Source: Candidatus Multivoradales bacterium (lineage in GTDB: Bacteria > Acidobacteriota > Thermoanaerobaculia > Multivoradales > JAHEKO01). Taken from it: a stretch of 64,000 nucleotides of DNA. Each line of letters begins with the position of its first letter. Within the stretch, counting starts at the first letter, position 1. Shown here piece by piece: positions 22,481 to 32,295 of the stretch. The notes under the pieces were generated by a model. That model was not told where the DNA came from. It saw only the letters and a program-made list of their open reading frames with translations, and did not search any database. Location: NCBI GenBank assembly GCA_965223155.1, contig CBDCVR010000015.1, positions 1,056,001 to 1,120,000 of the forward strand, in the 5' to 3' direction. The position numbers were made by a program, and so were the translations under genes.

Positions 22481-25126
22481 ATGATCGTAGTCCTCGATGG
22501 TTTCCAACAGCCTCGGTGCCGGGCCCGCTTCGCGGCTCGGGTGCTTCTGTTGTTGTCCGCGGCCGTAGCCGCCGCCGGAGGCGCTCCGGCCTTGGCGCAG
22601 GCGCCCATCCTTCAGCCCGGCCCGCCCGGCGAGCCGGCGCGCGTGCTCAGCCCCGAAGAGGCCATCGACATCGCCGAGACCGGCCATTCGCCCGCCGACG
22701 TGCGCTTCCTCCAGGACATGATTCCTCATCACCACCAGGCTCTGGAGATGGCGGCTCTCGTGGCCGACCGCACCAACCGGCAAGAGCTGCTGGACGTCGC
22801 CGGCCGTATCGACGCGTCGCAGCAGGACGAGATCGCCTTTATGCAGCGCTGGCTGGCCGAGCGTGGCGAGAGCGCTCCGGACCCTGCCGCGCATGACGCC
22901 ATGCACACCAGCCATGCGATGGCGGGCATGGCCACGCCCGAGCAGATGACCGAGCTGGCCGCCGCCGAGGGCGCCGCCTTCGACCGGCTCTTCCTGACCC
23001 TCATGATCGCCCACCATGAGGGCGCCGTGACCATGGTCGAAGAGCTCCTCGAACAGCCCGGCTCGGCCTACGACCCGGTTCTCTTCGAGTTCACGAGCGA
23101 GGTCACCAACGACCAGACGGCCGAGATCGAGCGCATGCACGCGCTTCTGGTCGGGCTGTCCGAGGATCCCCGGGCGGCTCTTTCGGCGGGCTTCGCGGAC
23201 GCCGGCGAGGCGGCCTGGAACCTCCAGAAGGTCGCCTCGCTCGGCAAGCCCGCGGGCTTTTTCGATCCGGAGAACCCGGCCGGCCTTCCCCCGGAGCGGC
23301 CCAAGAAGGATGGCGAAACCGAGTCTTCGGTGCAGACCCCAGAAGAGCCGCATTCGCACTCCACGGAGCATGCCGAAGCCGCGGTCGACCCCGGCGAAGA
23401 AGCGGCTCACGAGACGGCCGGGGACGGCGAAGGTGAGACCGAGGAACCGGCCCAGGAACCGGAAGACGACGACGAAGACGACGACTCAGACCGCCGGTCC
23501 CCCCTTCTCTCCTTCGCCAATACCGACATGGCGTTCGCCGGCGACCTGCTGGTGGCCGGCAACTACCATGGCTTCAACGTCTACCGGTTGGCCGCTCCCG
23601 ACGAACCGGCGACCGCGCCGGAGCTCTTGAGCTCGGTGGTCTGCCCGGGCGGTCAAGGCGACGTCTCGATCGTCGGCGATCTCTTGATCCTGTCGGTCGA
23701 GCAGACGCGCGGCCGGGTGGATTGCGGCCTCGAGGGTGTTGCCAAGGACGTGAGCCCCGAGCGCTTCCGAGGGTTGCGGATCTTCGACATCGGCGATCCG
23801 GCCCGGCCGGTCCAGGTCGGCCAGGTTCAGACCTGCCGGGGCTCGCACACCCACTCCGTGGTCTCGGGTCCCCACATGAAGGGCCACGAAGACGACGCCA
23901 AGATCATCGTCTACAACTCGGGAACCAGCTCGATCCGAGAGGAAGACGAGCTCGAGGGCTGTGTCGACGAGGCTCCGGGCGACGACCGCACCGCGCTCTT
24001 CCGGATCGACGTCATCGAGATTCCGGTGGAGGATCCGGCGAGCGCGCGCATCGTCCACAGTCCGGCGGTCTTCGCCGATGCCGAGACCGGAGCCTTGGCC
24101 GGTCTGTGGCGGGGAGGGGATCACGGCGACGAGACTCAGGAGACCCGGCGCACCGATCAGTGTCACGACATCACCGTGTTTCCGGAGCGCGATCTCGCGG
24201 CCGGGGCGTGCTCGGGCAACGGCATCCTCTTCGACATCTCCGACCCGCTGGCGCCGAAGCGCCTGGACGCGGTGGTGGACAGGGGCTTCGCCTACTGGCA
24301 CTCGGCCACCTTCAACAACGATGGCACCAAGGTTCTCTTCACCGACGAGTGGGGCGGCGGCAGCCGGCCCCGCTGCCGGGCCTACGATCCGCTCGACTGG
24401 GGCGCGGACGCGATCTACGACATCGTCGAGACCGAGGCCGGACCCAAGCTCGAGTTCCGCGCCCACTACAAGATGCCGGCGCCGCAGCTGGAAGAGGAAA
24501 ACTGCGTCGCCCACAACGGCTCGGTGATTCCGGTGCCCGGGCGCGATCTCTTCGTCCAGGCCTGGTACCAGGGCGGCTTGTCGGTGGTGGAGTTCACCGA
24601 CTCGGCCCATCCGGTCGAGGTCGCCTACTACGACCGCGGGCCGATCGATGCCGACGAGCTGGTCCTGGGTGGCTACTGGTCGACCTACTGGTACCGGGGC
24701 CGCATCTACGGCACCGAGATCGCCCGGGGGCTCGACGTTTTCGAGCTGGTTCCGAGCGAGCACCTGAGCGCCAGCGAGATCGCCGCCGCCCGGCTGGCCG
24801 ACGAGGGCGGCCTCTTCAACCCGCAGCAGCAGTTCCACGTGCCCTGGCCGGCCGAGCCGATGGTCGCCCGTGCCTACCTGGATCAGTTGCAACGGGGAGA
24901 AGAAAGTGCCCCGGAGCTGGTGACCGGATTGGCCGCCGAACTCGACCGGGCGGAGGCCATGCTGGCGGCGGGATCGGCCGACCCGGAGCTAGCCGATGCG
25001 CTCGAAGCCCGGGCGTCCGCGGTCGCGGACACCGGTTCGCCAGGCAAAGCGCTCGAGGTGCTCCTCGGCGAGCTCGCCAGCCGGTTGCGGCCAGGTAGCG
25101 AGAAGCCAGCCGGCGGATCGAGATGA
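22481..25126 (+). CDS. Secreted DUF305 (CopM/ferritin-like) plus LVIVD beta-propeller fusion protein
   Basis: MIPHHHQA and MIAHHEGA DUF305 motifs, acidic linker, CPGGQGD, CRGSHTH, CHD, YWHSATF, CVAHNG, QAWYQGG. Start uncertain. Confidence 0.82.
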   Translation: MIVVLDGFQQPRCRARFAARVLLLLSAAVAAAGGAPALAQAPILQPGPPGEPARVLSPEEAIDIAETGHSPADVRFLQDMIPHHHQALEMAALVADRTNRQELLDVAGRIDASQQDEIAFMQRWLAERGESAPDPAAHDAMHTSHAMAGMATPEQMTELAAAEGAAFDRLFLTLMIAHHEGAVTMVEELLEQPGSAYDPVLFEFTSEVTNDQTAEIERMHALLVGLSEDPRAALSAGFADAGEAAWNLQKVASLGKPAGFFDPENPAGLPPERPKKDGETESSVQTPEEPHSHSTEHAEAAVDPGEEAAHETAGDGEGETEEPAQEPEDDDEDDDSDRRSPLLSFANTDMAFAGDLLVAGNYHGFNVYRLAAPDEPATAPELLSSVVCPGGQGDVSIVGDLLILSVEQTRGRVDCGLEGVAKDVSPERFRGLRIFDIGDPARPVQVGQVQTCRGSHTHSVVSGPHMKGHEDDAKIIVYNSGTSSIREEDELEGCVDEAPGDDRTALFRIDVIEIPVEDPASARIVHSPAVFADAETGALAGLWRGGDHGDETQETRRTDQCHDITVFPERDLAAGACSGNGILFDISDPLAPKRLDAVVDRGFAYWHSATFNNDGTKVLFTDEWGGGSRPRCRAYDPLDWGADAIYDIVETEAGPKLEFRAHYKMPAPQLEEENCVAHNGSVIPVPGRDLFVQAWYQGGLSVVEFTDSAHPVEVAYYDRGPIDADELVLGGYWSTYWYRGRIYGTEIARGLDVFELVPSEHLSASEIAAARLADEGGLFNPQQQFHVPWPAEPMVARAYLDQLQRGEESAPELVTGLAAELDRAEAMLAAGSADPELADALEARASAVADTGSPGKALEVLLGELASRLRPGSEKPAGGSR

Positions 25127-25284
25127 GGCCGCCGCGCAGGATCCGGCAGCGAGTCCCGGTCCGGCCCGAGCGTCGGCCCTGAGGTCAAGGCAGGCTCCGG
25201 ACCCCAGGGGCTGCCCGTAGTCCATCGCGGCCGGGGTGTCGCGGAGGGTCAAGATGAGGACAGGAATCCACCGGGCGCATTCGT

Positions 25285-25293
25285 TGGTACACT
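25285..25293 (+). promoter_or_regulatory. Extended -10 promoter element for ssrA
   Basis: TGGTACACT about 30 nt upstream of the mature tmRNA 5' end. Confidence 0.55.
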
Positions 25294-25321
25294 AGGTGAC
25301 GGTTCTTTGAGCGACCGAGCT

Positions 25322-25673
25322 GGGGGCGCCTGGTTTCGACGGGGAACAAGGCGGTTCCGGAGCTGCGTGTCGAGTTTCCGCTCGCTAAAACGGAAACCTA
25401 TACTTGCCAACCACAATTTGGCTCTGGCTGCTTAAACCAAGCAACCACGCTCTCGAGGAAGCCTTGACTTGCGGCGTCTTCGAAGAGCGACACTAAAGTA
25501 GGTCGAAGGGTACGCGACGCCCCGTAGCGTGCCCGGATCCTTACGGGGCTGGCCTGCCGGGCGGTGGCCGTCAACCCAATCCGGCAAGCGAGACACCAAA
25601 CCGACGGCTATGCACGTAGACGCTTCGGGGACGCGTTCTTCGGACGTGGGTTCGAATCCCACCGCCTCCACCA
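25322..25673 (+). ncRNA. ssrA: tmRNA; tag peptide ANHNLALAA* (25406-25435)
   Basis: 5' GGGGGCG..TTCGAC, 3' T-arm GGGTTCGAATCCC and CGCCTCCACCA; acceptor stem has the G3-U wobble; internal reading frame ends ALAA-TAA. Confidence 0.97.
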
Positions 25674-25691
25674 TCTCGCTTCGCTCAACGT

Positions 25692-26195
25692 TCAACCCGG
25701 CGCCAGGGGTGGCGGCAGAGCCTCGCCCGGCTCGTCTCGGGTCGTGGCATCCCCGAAGGCCAGCTCGAGGAAATCGGTCAGGCTCGCGTTGCGGACGCGG
25801 GAGGTCACGAGGAACCAGGCCGAGAAGGCCAGAACGAAGGCGAGGGGCGCCAGGCCCGCGAGCCGGGGAACCAACGGCCAGAGGACGAGGGTAACCCCGC
25901 CCAGGGCTCCCAGACACGAGATGACGAAAGCCGAAGTGTGGAGCCGGTACCGCTCTTCGGTCACCGAGACGGCAACGCTCGCTCCACGGCCCGAGGGCTC
26001 GATTGCGACCTCGGCGAGGAGCAGGCCGTGACGGAGCCCGGCGCTGACCGGAAGCTCGAGGGTGCCGCCGGTGGATCTCGTCCCATCGCCCCCGGAGCGC
26101 CAGCTTCCGCCCCAGATCTCGGCGGCACCGCCGAGCGCGGCCGGGACTTCGGCCGGGCTGAGATCGACCTCGAGGCGGCGGATTTCGGACGGCAT
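25692..26195 (-). CDS. Hypothetical membrane protein (two C-terminal TM helices)
   Basis: ATG start and hydrophobic helices; no family recognised. Confidence 0.6.
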   Translation of the reverse strand: MPSEIRRLEVDLSPAEVPAALGGAAEIWGGSWRSGGDGTRSTGGTLELPVSAGLRHGLLLAEVAIEPSGRGASVAVSVTEERYRLHTSAFVISCLGALGGVTLVLWPLVPRLAGLAPLAFVLAFSAWFLVTSRVRNASLTDFLELAFGDATTRDEPGEALPPPLAPG

Positions 26196-26260
26196 GGTGT
26201 CTGAGAATGCCCAGGCCTAGACGGTTCGGCTTCTGGATCGAGCGTCGCGCCGGCCGAGCG

Positions 26261-26779
26261 TCACGAGTCCGCCTCTCCGGCTTCGTCGAAGGCCACGTGA
26301 TACCTCACCGTCCCGGCCGCGCCGTCCAGAGAGCCCGGAACCAGTTCGAGCACGAAAAAGACGTCCTCGGGCACGTCCCAAGTCGAACGAATTCCGAAGC
26401 GGGCCGCGGGCTCGAAACCGAAGCGCGGGTAGTAGTCGGGATGACCGAGCACCACGACCGCGCCCACGCCCCGCTCGCGACAGGCGGCGAGCCCGGCCTG
26501 GACAAGACGGGATCCGATGCCCTGGCGCTGGCGGTCGGGGACCACCGCCATGGGCGCGAGCCCCATGAGATCGAGGTCCTCGCGTCCGTCGAGGATGACG
26601 GGCGTCAACAGGATGTGTCCGATGACGGCATCCTCGTCCTCGGCGACGAGAGAGACATTGGGCGTGGCACGCTCGCGCAGGACGTCGACGAGCTCCGCCT
26701 CCATCGGCGTTTCGAACGCGGCCGCGTTGACGGCGTGGACCGCGGCCCGGTCGTGGGCTTCTTCCTTGCGGATCCTCAT
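26261..26779 (-). CDS. GNAT N-acetyltransferase (YhbS-like)
   Basis: LAPMAVVPDRQRQGIGSRL acetyl-CoA motif, VLGHPDYYPRFGF. Confidence 0.9.
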   Translation of the reverse strand: MRIRKEEAHDRAAVHAVNAAAFETPMEAELVDVLRERATPNVSLVAEDEDAVIGHILLTPVILDGREDLDLMGLAPMAVVPDRQRQGIGSRLVQAGLAACRERGVGAVVVLGHPDYYPRFGFEPAARFGIRSTWDVPEDVFFVLELVPGSLDGAAGTVRYHVAFDEAGEADS

Positions 26780-26843
26780 GGCCGGGCCAGCGCAGTGAGC
26801 CTCCAGGGATCCTGCCCAGACCGGGGCCGGCTCCGCCTCGGTG

Positions 26844-27965
26844 TCACTCGAGAGCCTGTCCGCTGGCTTCCAGGAACGCCCGCTCGAAGGTAGCCGGCAC
26901 GAAGTCGTCGAAGGCGCGCTCGGCGATCGGGTCGGGCGAGCCGTCCTCGGCGCGGGTCCAGGCGGCACGGAGACGGCCGAAGGTGTCCGAAGCCAGGAAC
27001 CACGCTTCGGCCGGCTCGATCTCGGCGTGACGGGTCGCGGCGACCCTGGCCTGGGCGACGATCGCCTCAAGAAGCTCGCGCACCGCGATTAGATGGTCTT
27101 TCCCCTCGCGAACGCGGCCGTGGCCCGGGATCAACACCCGCCATTCGAGAGCTTCGAGCTCGCGCAGAACTTCGATCCAGGCGGAGGGATAGCCGTGGCC
27201 GCCGAAGGGCAGATCATCGACGACATCGCCGGTGACGAGAACGCCGGCGGCGGGAAGGTGAACCAGCAGATCGCCGCGGGTGTGTGCCTCTGCGGTGCGA
27301 AGGACGATGTCGCCGGTTGGCCGGTGGAGGGTGAGCGTCCCCTCGATGGCAACGGTCGGGACCACCCAGCGCACCTCGTCCAGTCCTTCGAGACGGTTCT
27401 TGGCGCGCTCGATCTGGCCGGCCAAGAGCTCCTTGCCCGTTTGGTCGAGCTCCGCCCCCTGGCGGTCGATGCCTTCGGCCAAACGCGTTTCGGCGGCGGG
27501 GATCTCGCGCCGGTAAAGCGCAATCTCTTGGTCGAGATCGGGCGCGGCGCGGTTGGGAATGTCTTCGACCAGGCTCTTGTGGCCGAGAATCTCGATCTCG
27601 GGATGGGCGTCTTGGAAGAGGTAGTTCGTGCGCGTGTGGTCGCTATGGAAATGGCTGTTAGCGAGATACCTGACCGGTTTTGGGCTAAGCGTCGGCACCA
27701 GCGCGAGGATCGCCCGGGCGGTCTCGAGATCCGCGGGCGCGTCAATCACTACCAGCTCGCGGTCGGTTTCGATCAGGGCGACGTTGGCGTCGTTGAAGCG
27801 ATTCGCTTCCGGCTGGCGCGCCACCCAGACGCCCTCGGCGACAGCCTCGAGGACAAACGGAGAATCGTCGCTCGCGGTGGCGGTCGCTGTTCCCAAGGCA
27901 AGAGCCGCAGTCGCAAGAGCCGCCACGAGCCGAACGCTTTGTGGAGCGCCGCTGCCGAACGGCAC
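26844..27965 (-). CDS. Secreted metallo-beta-lactamase-fold hydrolase
   Basis: Signal peptide, SHFHSDH, AHTRGD, TGD, IPGHG. Confidence 0.85.
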   Translation of the reverse strand: MPFGSGAPQSVRLVAALATAALALGTATATASDDSPFVLEAVAEGVWVARQPEANRFNDANVALIETDRELVVIDAPADLETARAILALVPTLSPKPVRYLANSHFHSDHTRTNYLFQDAHPEIEILGHKSLVEDIPNRAAPDLDQEIALYRREIPAAETRLAEGIDRQGAELDQTGKELLAGQIERAKNRLEGLDEVRWVVPTVAIEGTLTLHRPTGDIVLRTAEAHTRGDLLVHLPAAGVLVTGDVVDDLPFGGHGYPSAWIEVLRELEALEWRVLIPGHGRVREGKDHLIAVRELLEAIVAQARVAATRHAEIEPAEAWFLASDTFGRLRAAWTRAEDGSPDPIAERAFDDFVPATFERAFLEASGQALE

Positions 27966-28967
27966 CTAGGCGGCCTCGCGCAGCAGGAGCTCGTCGAAGA
28001 ACTCCTCGACCGCGGCCAGGAAGGTCTCGACGTCCGGGAGCTGGTTGATCCGGCGCCGAAGCTTGGCTCCGTGCGGCAGGCCGTGGGTGTACCAGCCGGT
28101 GAACTTGCGGAGCTTGTGGAGCGCGAAGCGCGAGGGCTCGCGCTCGGCCAGCATGCGGAAGTGGGTCAGGATGAGGTCCCGCCGGTCCCGGGTGGTGGGC
28201 TCTTCGTAGTCGCTGCCGTCCAGGCGGGCGGCGATCTGGCGGAAAAGCCAGGGATTCTTGGTGGCGCCGCGACCGACCATGGCTCCGTCGCAGCCGGTCT
28301 CGGCCAGCATGCGGACGGCGTCGTCGGCCGTGCGTACGTCGCCGTTGCCGAAGACCGGGATCGACAACGCTTTCTTGAGGCGGGCGATCTCGGACCAATC
28401 GGCCTCGCCCGAAAACATCTGCTTGGCGGTTCGAGCGTGCATGGCGACCGCCGCGGCCCCTTGGTCTTCGCAGATGCGGCCGAGCTCGAGATAGCTCTTG
28501 TCGGTGTCGCGCAGGCCCAATCGGAATTTGACGGTAAGCGGGATCGTGAGCGCTCGGCGCACCTCCCGGATCATGCGCTCGGCGAGCTTCAGGTCACCCA
28601 TGAGGGCGGCGCCGGCGCAGCCTTTCAGGACCTTGTTGGCCGGGCAGCCCATGTTGATGTCGCACAGATCCGGCCCCAGGGACTCGACGATGCGGGCGGC
28701 CTCGACCATGGTGTCGACGTCCGAACCGTAGATCTGGATCGAGAGCGGCCGCTCCTCGTCGGCAAAAGCCATGAGGTCGCGGGTCTTCTGGTTGCCCTGG
28801 ACGATGGCCTTCGAAGAGATGAACTCCATGGTCACCACGCCGACGCCGCCGATGCGCCGGATGAGGAGCCGGAAGTCCCGATCCGTGACCCCGGCCATCG
28901 GGGCCAGAACCAGCGGCGGATCGACCCGAACGGTGCCGATCGAAACGGCCGGAGAACCCTTCGTCAT
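27966..28967 (-). CDS. dusB: tRNA-dihydrouridine synthase
   Basis: LAPMAGVTD, QIYGS, DINMGCP, HART, GNGD, MVGRG. Confidence 0.93.
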   Translation of the reverse strand: MTKGSPAVSIGTVRVDPPLVLAPMAGVTDRDFRLLIRRIGGVGVVTMEFISSKAIVQGNQKTRDLMAFADEERPLSIQIYGSDVDTMVEAARIVESLGPDLCDINMGCPANKVLKGCAGAALMGDLKLAERMIREVRRALTIPLTVKFRLGLRDTDKSYLELGRICEDQGAAAVAMHARTAKQMFSGEADWSEIARLKKALSIPVFGNGDVRTADDAVRMLAETGCDGAMVGRGATKNPWLFRQIAARLDGSDYEEPTTRDRRDLILTHFRMLAEREPSRFALHKLRKFTGWYTHGLPHGAKLRRRINQLPDVETFLAAVEEFFDELLLREAA

Positions 28968-29079
28968 CGGCCGCATTGTATCGAGGAAGCCTGGCCGGGC
29001 TGGCTACCGACGTCTCTTGGCAGCCGGGCTGATAGCCTGATTCTGGCAGCAGCGGCTGTCGGCATGCTGCTAGAAAACG

Positions 29080-29838
29080 ATGGCCTGGTACAAGGATTGG
29101 TTCGGGGAGAAGTACCTCGAGCTCTATGCCCACCGGGACGCGGGCGAAGCGGCCCGTCACGTGGCCTTCGTAGAGCGAGTCTTCGCCGGCGAGTCACCGC
29201 GGGCGGTGCTGGATCTGGCCTGTGGGGCCGGACGGCACACGGAGGTGCTCCGGGAGCGCGGCATTCGCACCGTGGGCGTGGATCTCTCGCTGACGCTTCT
29301 GGCGCAGCCGCCGGTGCTGCCGCGGGTTGCGGGCGACATGGGCCAGTTGCCGTTCGCGGCCGCGAGCTTTGACTGGGTGCTCAATTTCTTTACCTCGTTC
29401 GGATACTTCGAGACGGAGCGGGCCAATTTCCGGGTGCTAGAAGAGATGGTCCGGGTGCTCCGGCCCGACGGCCGCTTTCTGGTCGACCTCTTCAACCGCG
29501 AGCGGGTGCTGGCCGGTCTGGTGGCCGAAGAGACGCAGGAGCACGACGGCTACCGGGCCGAGATCGAGCGCTGGTTCGACGAGGAGACCCAGCGGGTGAA
29601 CAAGCGCATGCGCCTGATTCCAACAGGTGCGACAGGGTCGGCCGGAATGGGCGGTACGGGCGGGAGTGCCAGGGTCGAGACGTATCTCGAGAGCGTGCGC
29701 GCCTACCGTCCCGAAGAGGTCACGATTGGAATGAAATGGGCCGGCCTGGAGGTTGATGCTCTATACGGAAGCTTCGACGGAGTACCTTTTGCGAGCGACA
29801 GTGAGCGACTTATCCTCGTCGGCCGCCGGCAGCGCTAG
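29080..29838 (+). CDS. Class I SAM-dependent methyltransferase (candidate bacillithiol N-methyltransferase, NmbA-like)
   Basis: VLDLACGAGRH motif I, NFFTSFGYF, N-terminal WYKDWF..YLELYAHRD; first gene of the bsh cluster. Confidence 0.85.
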   Translation: MAWYKDWFGEKYLELYAHRDAGEAARHVAFVERVFAGESPRAVLDLACGAGRHTEVLRERGIRTVGVDLSLTLLAQPPVLPRVAGDMGQLPFAAASFDWVLNFFTSFGYFETERANFRVLEEMVRVLRPDGRFLVDLFNRERVLAGLVAEETQEHDGYRAEIERWFDEETQRVNKRMRLIPTGATGSAGMGGTGGSARVETYLESVRAYRPEEVTIGMKWAGLEVDALYGSFDGVPFASDSERLILVGRRQR

Positions 29839-31534
29839 CGATTCCGCTGCCGAGCCCGGCGTCTGTACGCCGGGCCCGGGGACCGACGCGCGGCCGCTGC
29901 TGCCGGTTCTGCCGCGGGCCTTTCTGGATGGCCGCGATCTGGATCTCCTGAGTCCCCTCCGTTGGGTATCGTCCGCCGAGGTGCGCGCCACGGCCGGTCC
30001 GCTGGCTATCGACCCGCCCGAGGTCGATCGCACCGCGATCGCCGAGGCGTTGGCGTTGACCAACGCGTCCTACGGACATCCACGAGCCCAAGAGCTGGCG
30101 AAGAAGCTGGCCGATCCCGCGACCGCGGTGGTCGTGACGGGCCAGCAGCCGGGTCTGCTGGGCGGGCCGCTCTACGCGGTCTCGAAAGCGGTAGCCGCTG
30201 CGAGCTGGGCCGAACGTCTGGAAGCCGCCGGCACGCCGGCGGTCGCGGTCTTCTGGATCGCAACCGAGGACCATGACTACCGCGAAGTCGCGAGGGCTGC
30301 GATTCCGGCGGGGGCGGCCGGAGACGGCGCGGGCGGAGATCTTGTCCGGCTCGATCTGGGCGAGGATCCGGCGCCGTTGCGGCCGGTCGGGATCCGTTCC
30401 TTGGGACCGGGTGTCGAGAGCGTCTTCGAAGGGCTCCGCGCCGGCGGCCGAGGGACACGCTTCGAGGGCTGGCTAGAGCAGCTCGCCCAGTGGTACCGGC
30501 CGGACGCCCGCTTCGGAGAGGCGTTCGCAAGGCTCATGGCGGGGATCTTGGGCGAGCGCTGCCCGCTGCTCTCGGATGCCCTGCTACCGGCTCTAAAAGA
30601 GGCCGAGGCGTCCTGGCTCGAGCGCTTCGTCGCCCACCACGACGAGTTGGTCGCCGAGTACGCTCGGCGCGATCGAGAGGTCGAGGCTCGTGGGTACCCG
30701 CTTCAGGTCTCGCCGCAGGCGGCCGAGCTCGGACTGACGCCTCTGTTTTTTCTGCAAGGTCTCGAGCGCCGGCGCATCTCGATTCGGGACGGCAAGATCG
30801 GTCTGCGCGGGCTAGCGGAATTCGCGCAACCCGCAAGCTGGCTGGAAGCGGCCATCGCCGAGAATCCGGCGGTGGTCAGCCCGGGGGTGCTCGCCCGTCC
30901 GGCCATCCAGGATGCGGTCCTGGGCACGGCCCTTCAGGTGCTGGGTCCGGGCGAGGTGTCGTACATGCCCCAGGCGGCGGCACCGTATGAGGTGCTCGGC
31001 ATCCCGGCGCCGCGGGTGGCGCTCCGGCCGCAGGCGCTCGTCTTGAGCCGGAACGAGATGGCCAAGCTCGAAGCCACGGGGATGGAACTGGGCGATCTCT
31101 TGGCGCCGGACTTCGAGCTGGACAGCGCCCTGGCCGGGGGCGAGGGCGAGAGCGTGGTCGCCGCGGCGGCGGCGGGCATCGTCGGCGAGCTCGAGCGGTT
31201 GCGCGCCGCGGCCGAAAGCCTGGATCCGAGCCTGATCGGACCGTGGACCAAGACCCGGGGCCAGATCGAGAAGGCACTGACGGTTTTTGCCGGCAAGGTT
31301 GACCGCGCTCTCGGCCGCCGGGACGAGATCGCCCGGCAGCGGGTGGCGGCGCTGCGCGCCGCGTGCCGGCCGGACGGCGTGCCGCAGGAGCGGGTGGTCG
31401 CGGCCGCCTGGTTTCCGGGGAAGTTCGGTTCCGCCCTGGCCGAGGCCTACTTCCGAGACCTGGATCTGGACCCGGCAGGGGTTTCGGTGGTGGTGCCCGA
31501 CCGAACGCCCGCCGCCGGGGAGGGATCGCCATGA
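29801..31534 (+). CDS. bshC: Bacillithiol biosynthesis cysteine-adding enzyme BshC
   Basis: VVTGQQPGLLGGPLY, FWIATEDHD, SPGVLARP..QD, GPGEVSY, PQERV. Start uncertain. Confidence 0.9.
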   Translation: MSDLSSSAAGSASDSAAEPGVCTPGPGTDARPLLPVLPRAFLDGRDLDLLSPLRWVSSAEVRATAGPLAIDPPEVDRTAIAEALALTNASYGHPRAQELAKKLADPATAVVVTGQQPGLLGGPLYAVSKAVAAASWAERLEAAGTPAVAVFWIATEDHDYREVARAAIPAGAAGDGAGGDLVRLDLGEDPAPLRPVGIRSLGPGVESVFEGLRAGGRGTRFEGWLEQLAQWYRPDARFGEAFARLMAGILGERCPLLSDALLPALKEAEASWLERFVAHHDELVAEYARRDREVEARGYPLQVSPQAAELGLTPLFFLQGLERRRISIRDGKIGLRGLAEFAQPASWLEAAIAENPAVVSPGVLARPAIQDAVLGTALQVLGPGEVSYMPQAAAPYEVLGIPAPRVALRPQALVLSRNEMAKLEATGMELGDLLAPDFELDSALAGGEGESVVAAAAAGIVGELERLRAAAESLDPSLIGPWTKTRGQIEKALTVFAGKVDRALGRRDEIARQRVAALRAACRPDGVPQERVVAAAWFPGKFGSALAEAYFRDLDLDPAGVSVVVPDRTPAAGEGSP

Positions 31535-32289
31535 TGCACGGCAAGCCGCGGGATCTTGGGGTGGACGTTCTGGCGATCGGCGCCCATCCGGACGACGTCG
31601 AGCTTGCCTGCGGTGGCACGCTGGCCAAGCTCGCGACCGCCGGGCGCCGGGTGGGGATCGTACACCTGACCCGCGGCGAGGCCGGCACCCGGGGCACGCC
31701 CGACGAGCGCGCCCGTGAGGCTGCGGCGGCCGGTGCGGCTCTAGGCGCCGCCGAGGTCGAGATCCTGGACTTCGGCGACGGCGCGTTGCGCACGGGCGCT
31801 GCCGAAGAAGACGTCTTGATCGCTCTTCTCCGCTCGCTCCGGCCGGAGCTGGTCCTGGGTCCGCCCCCGGCCGACCGCCATCCGGATCACCGGCGGGCCC
31901 ACCGGCTGGTCGAGGCCGCGTGCTTCTACTCCGGCCTGGCCAAACGGGGCATGGGCGAACCTCACCGGCCGCGCGCCGTATTCCAGTACATGCAGCATGA
32001 TTCCTTCGAGCCCGATTTCGTGGTCGATGTGACCGCTTCGTGGGACCGGAAGATGGCGGCTCTCGAATGCTACGAGAGCCAGCTTCACGTTCGCGACCGG
32101 TCTTCCGAGTCGGGGCCAAACCCAGAGCCGGGAACCAAGGTTTCCTCGCCGGCCTACCGGCGCGCGGTCGAAGGACGCGCGCGGCACTTCGGTCTGCTCG
32201 TGGGCGCCGAGCTGGGCGAGCCCTTCGCCAGCCGGTTGCCCCTGGCGGTCGAGGATCCGCTCGGCCTCTTGCCAGGAAGGCTGCGCTGA
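31531..32289 (+). CDS. bshB1: Bacillithiol biosynthesis deacetylase BshB1
   Basis: GAHPDDVE, LTRGEAGTRG, RHPDH (PIG-L family); between bshC and bshA. Confidence 0.92.
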   Translation: MMHGKPRDLGVDVLAIGAHPDDVELACGGTLAKLATAGRRVGIVHLTRGEAGTRGTPDERAREAAAAGAALGAAEVEILDFGDGALRTGAAEEDVLIALLRSLRPELVLGPPPADRHPDHRRAHRLVEAACFYSGLAKRGMGEPHRPRAVFQYMQHDSFEPDFVVDVTASWDRKMAALECYESQLHVRDRSSESGPNPEPGTKVSSPAYRRAVEGRARHFGLLVGAELGEPFASRLPLAVEDPLGLLPGRLR

Positions 32290-32295
32290 GGGTCG

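Noticed and set aside
25650-26260. Genomic island integrated at the tmRNA 3' end (likewise at tRNA-Leu)
   Set aside because: No integrase, no duplicated 3' end seen, and no obvious compositional shift.
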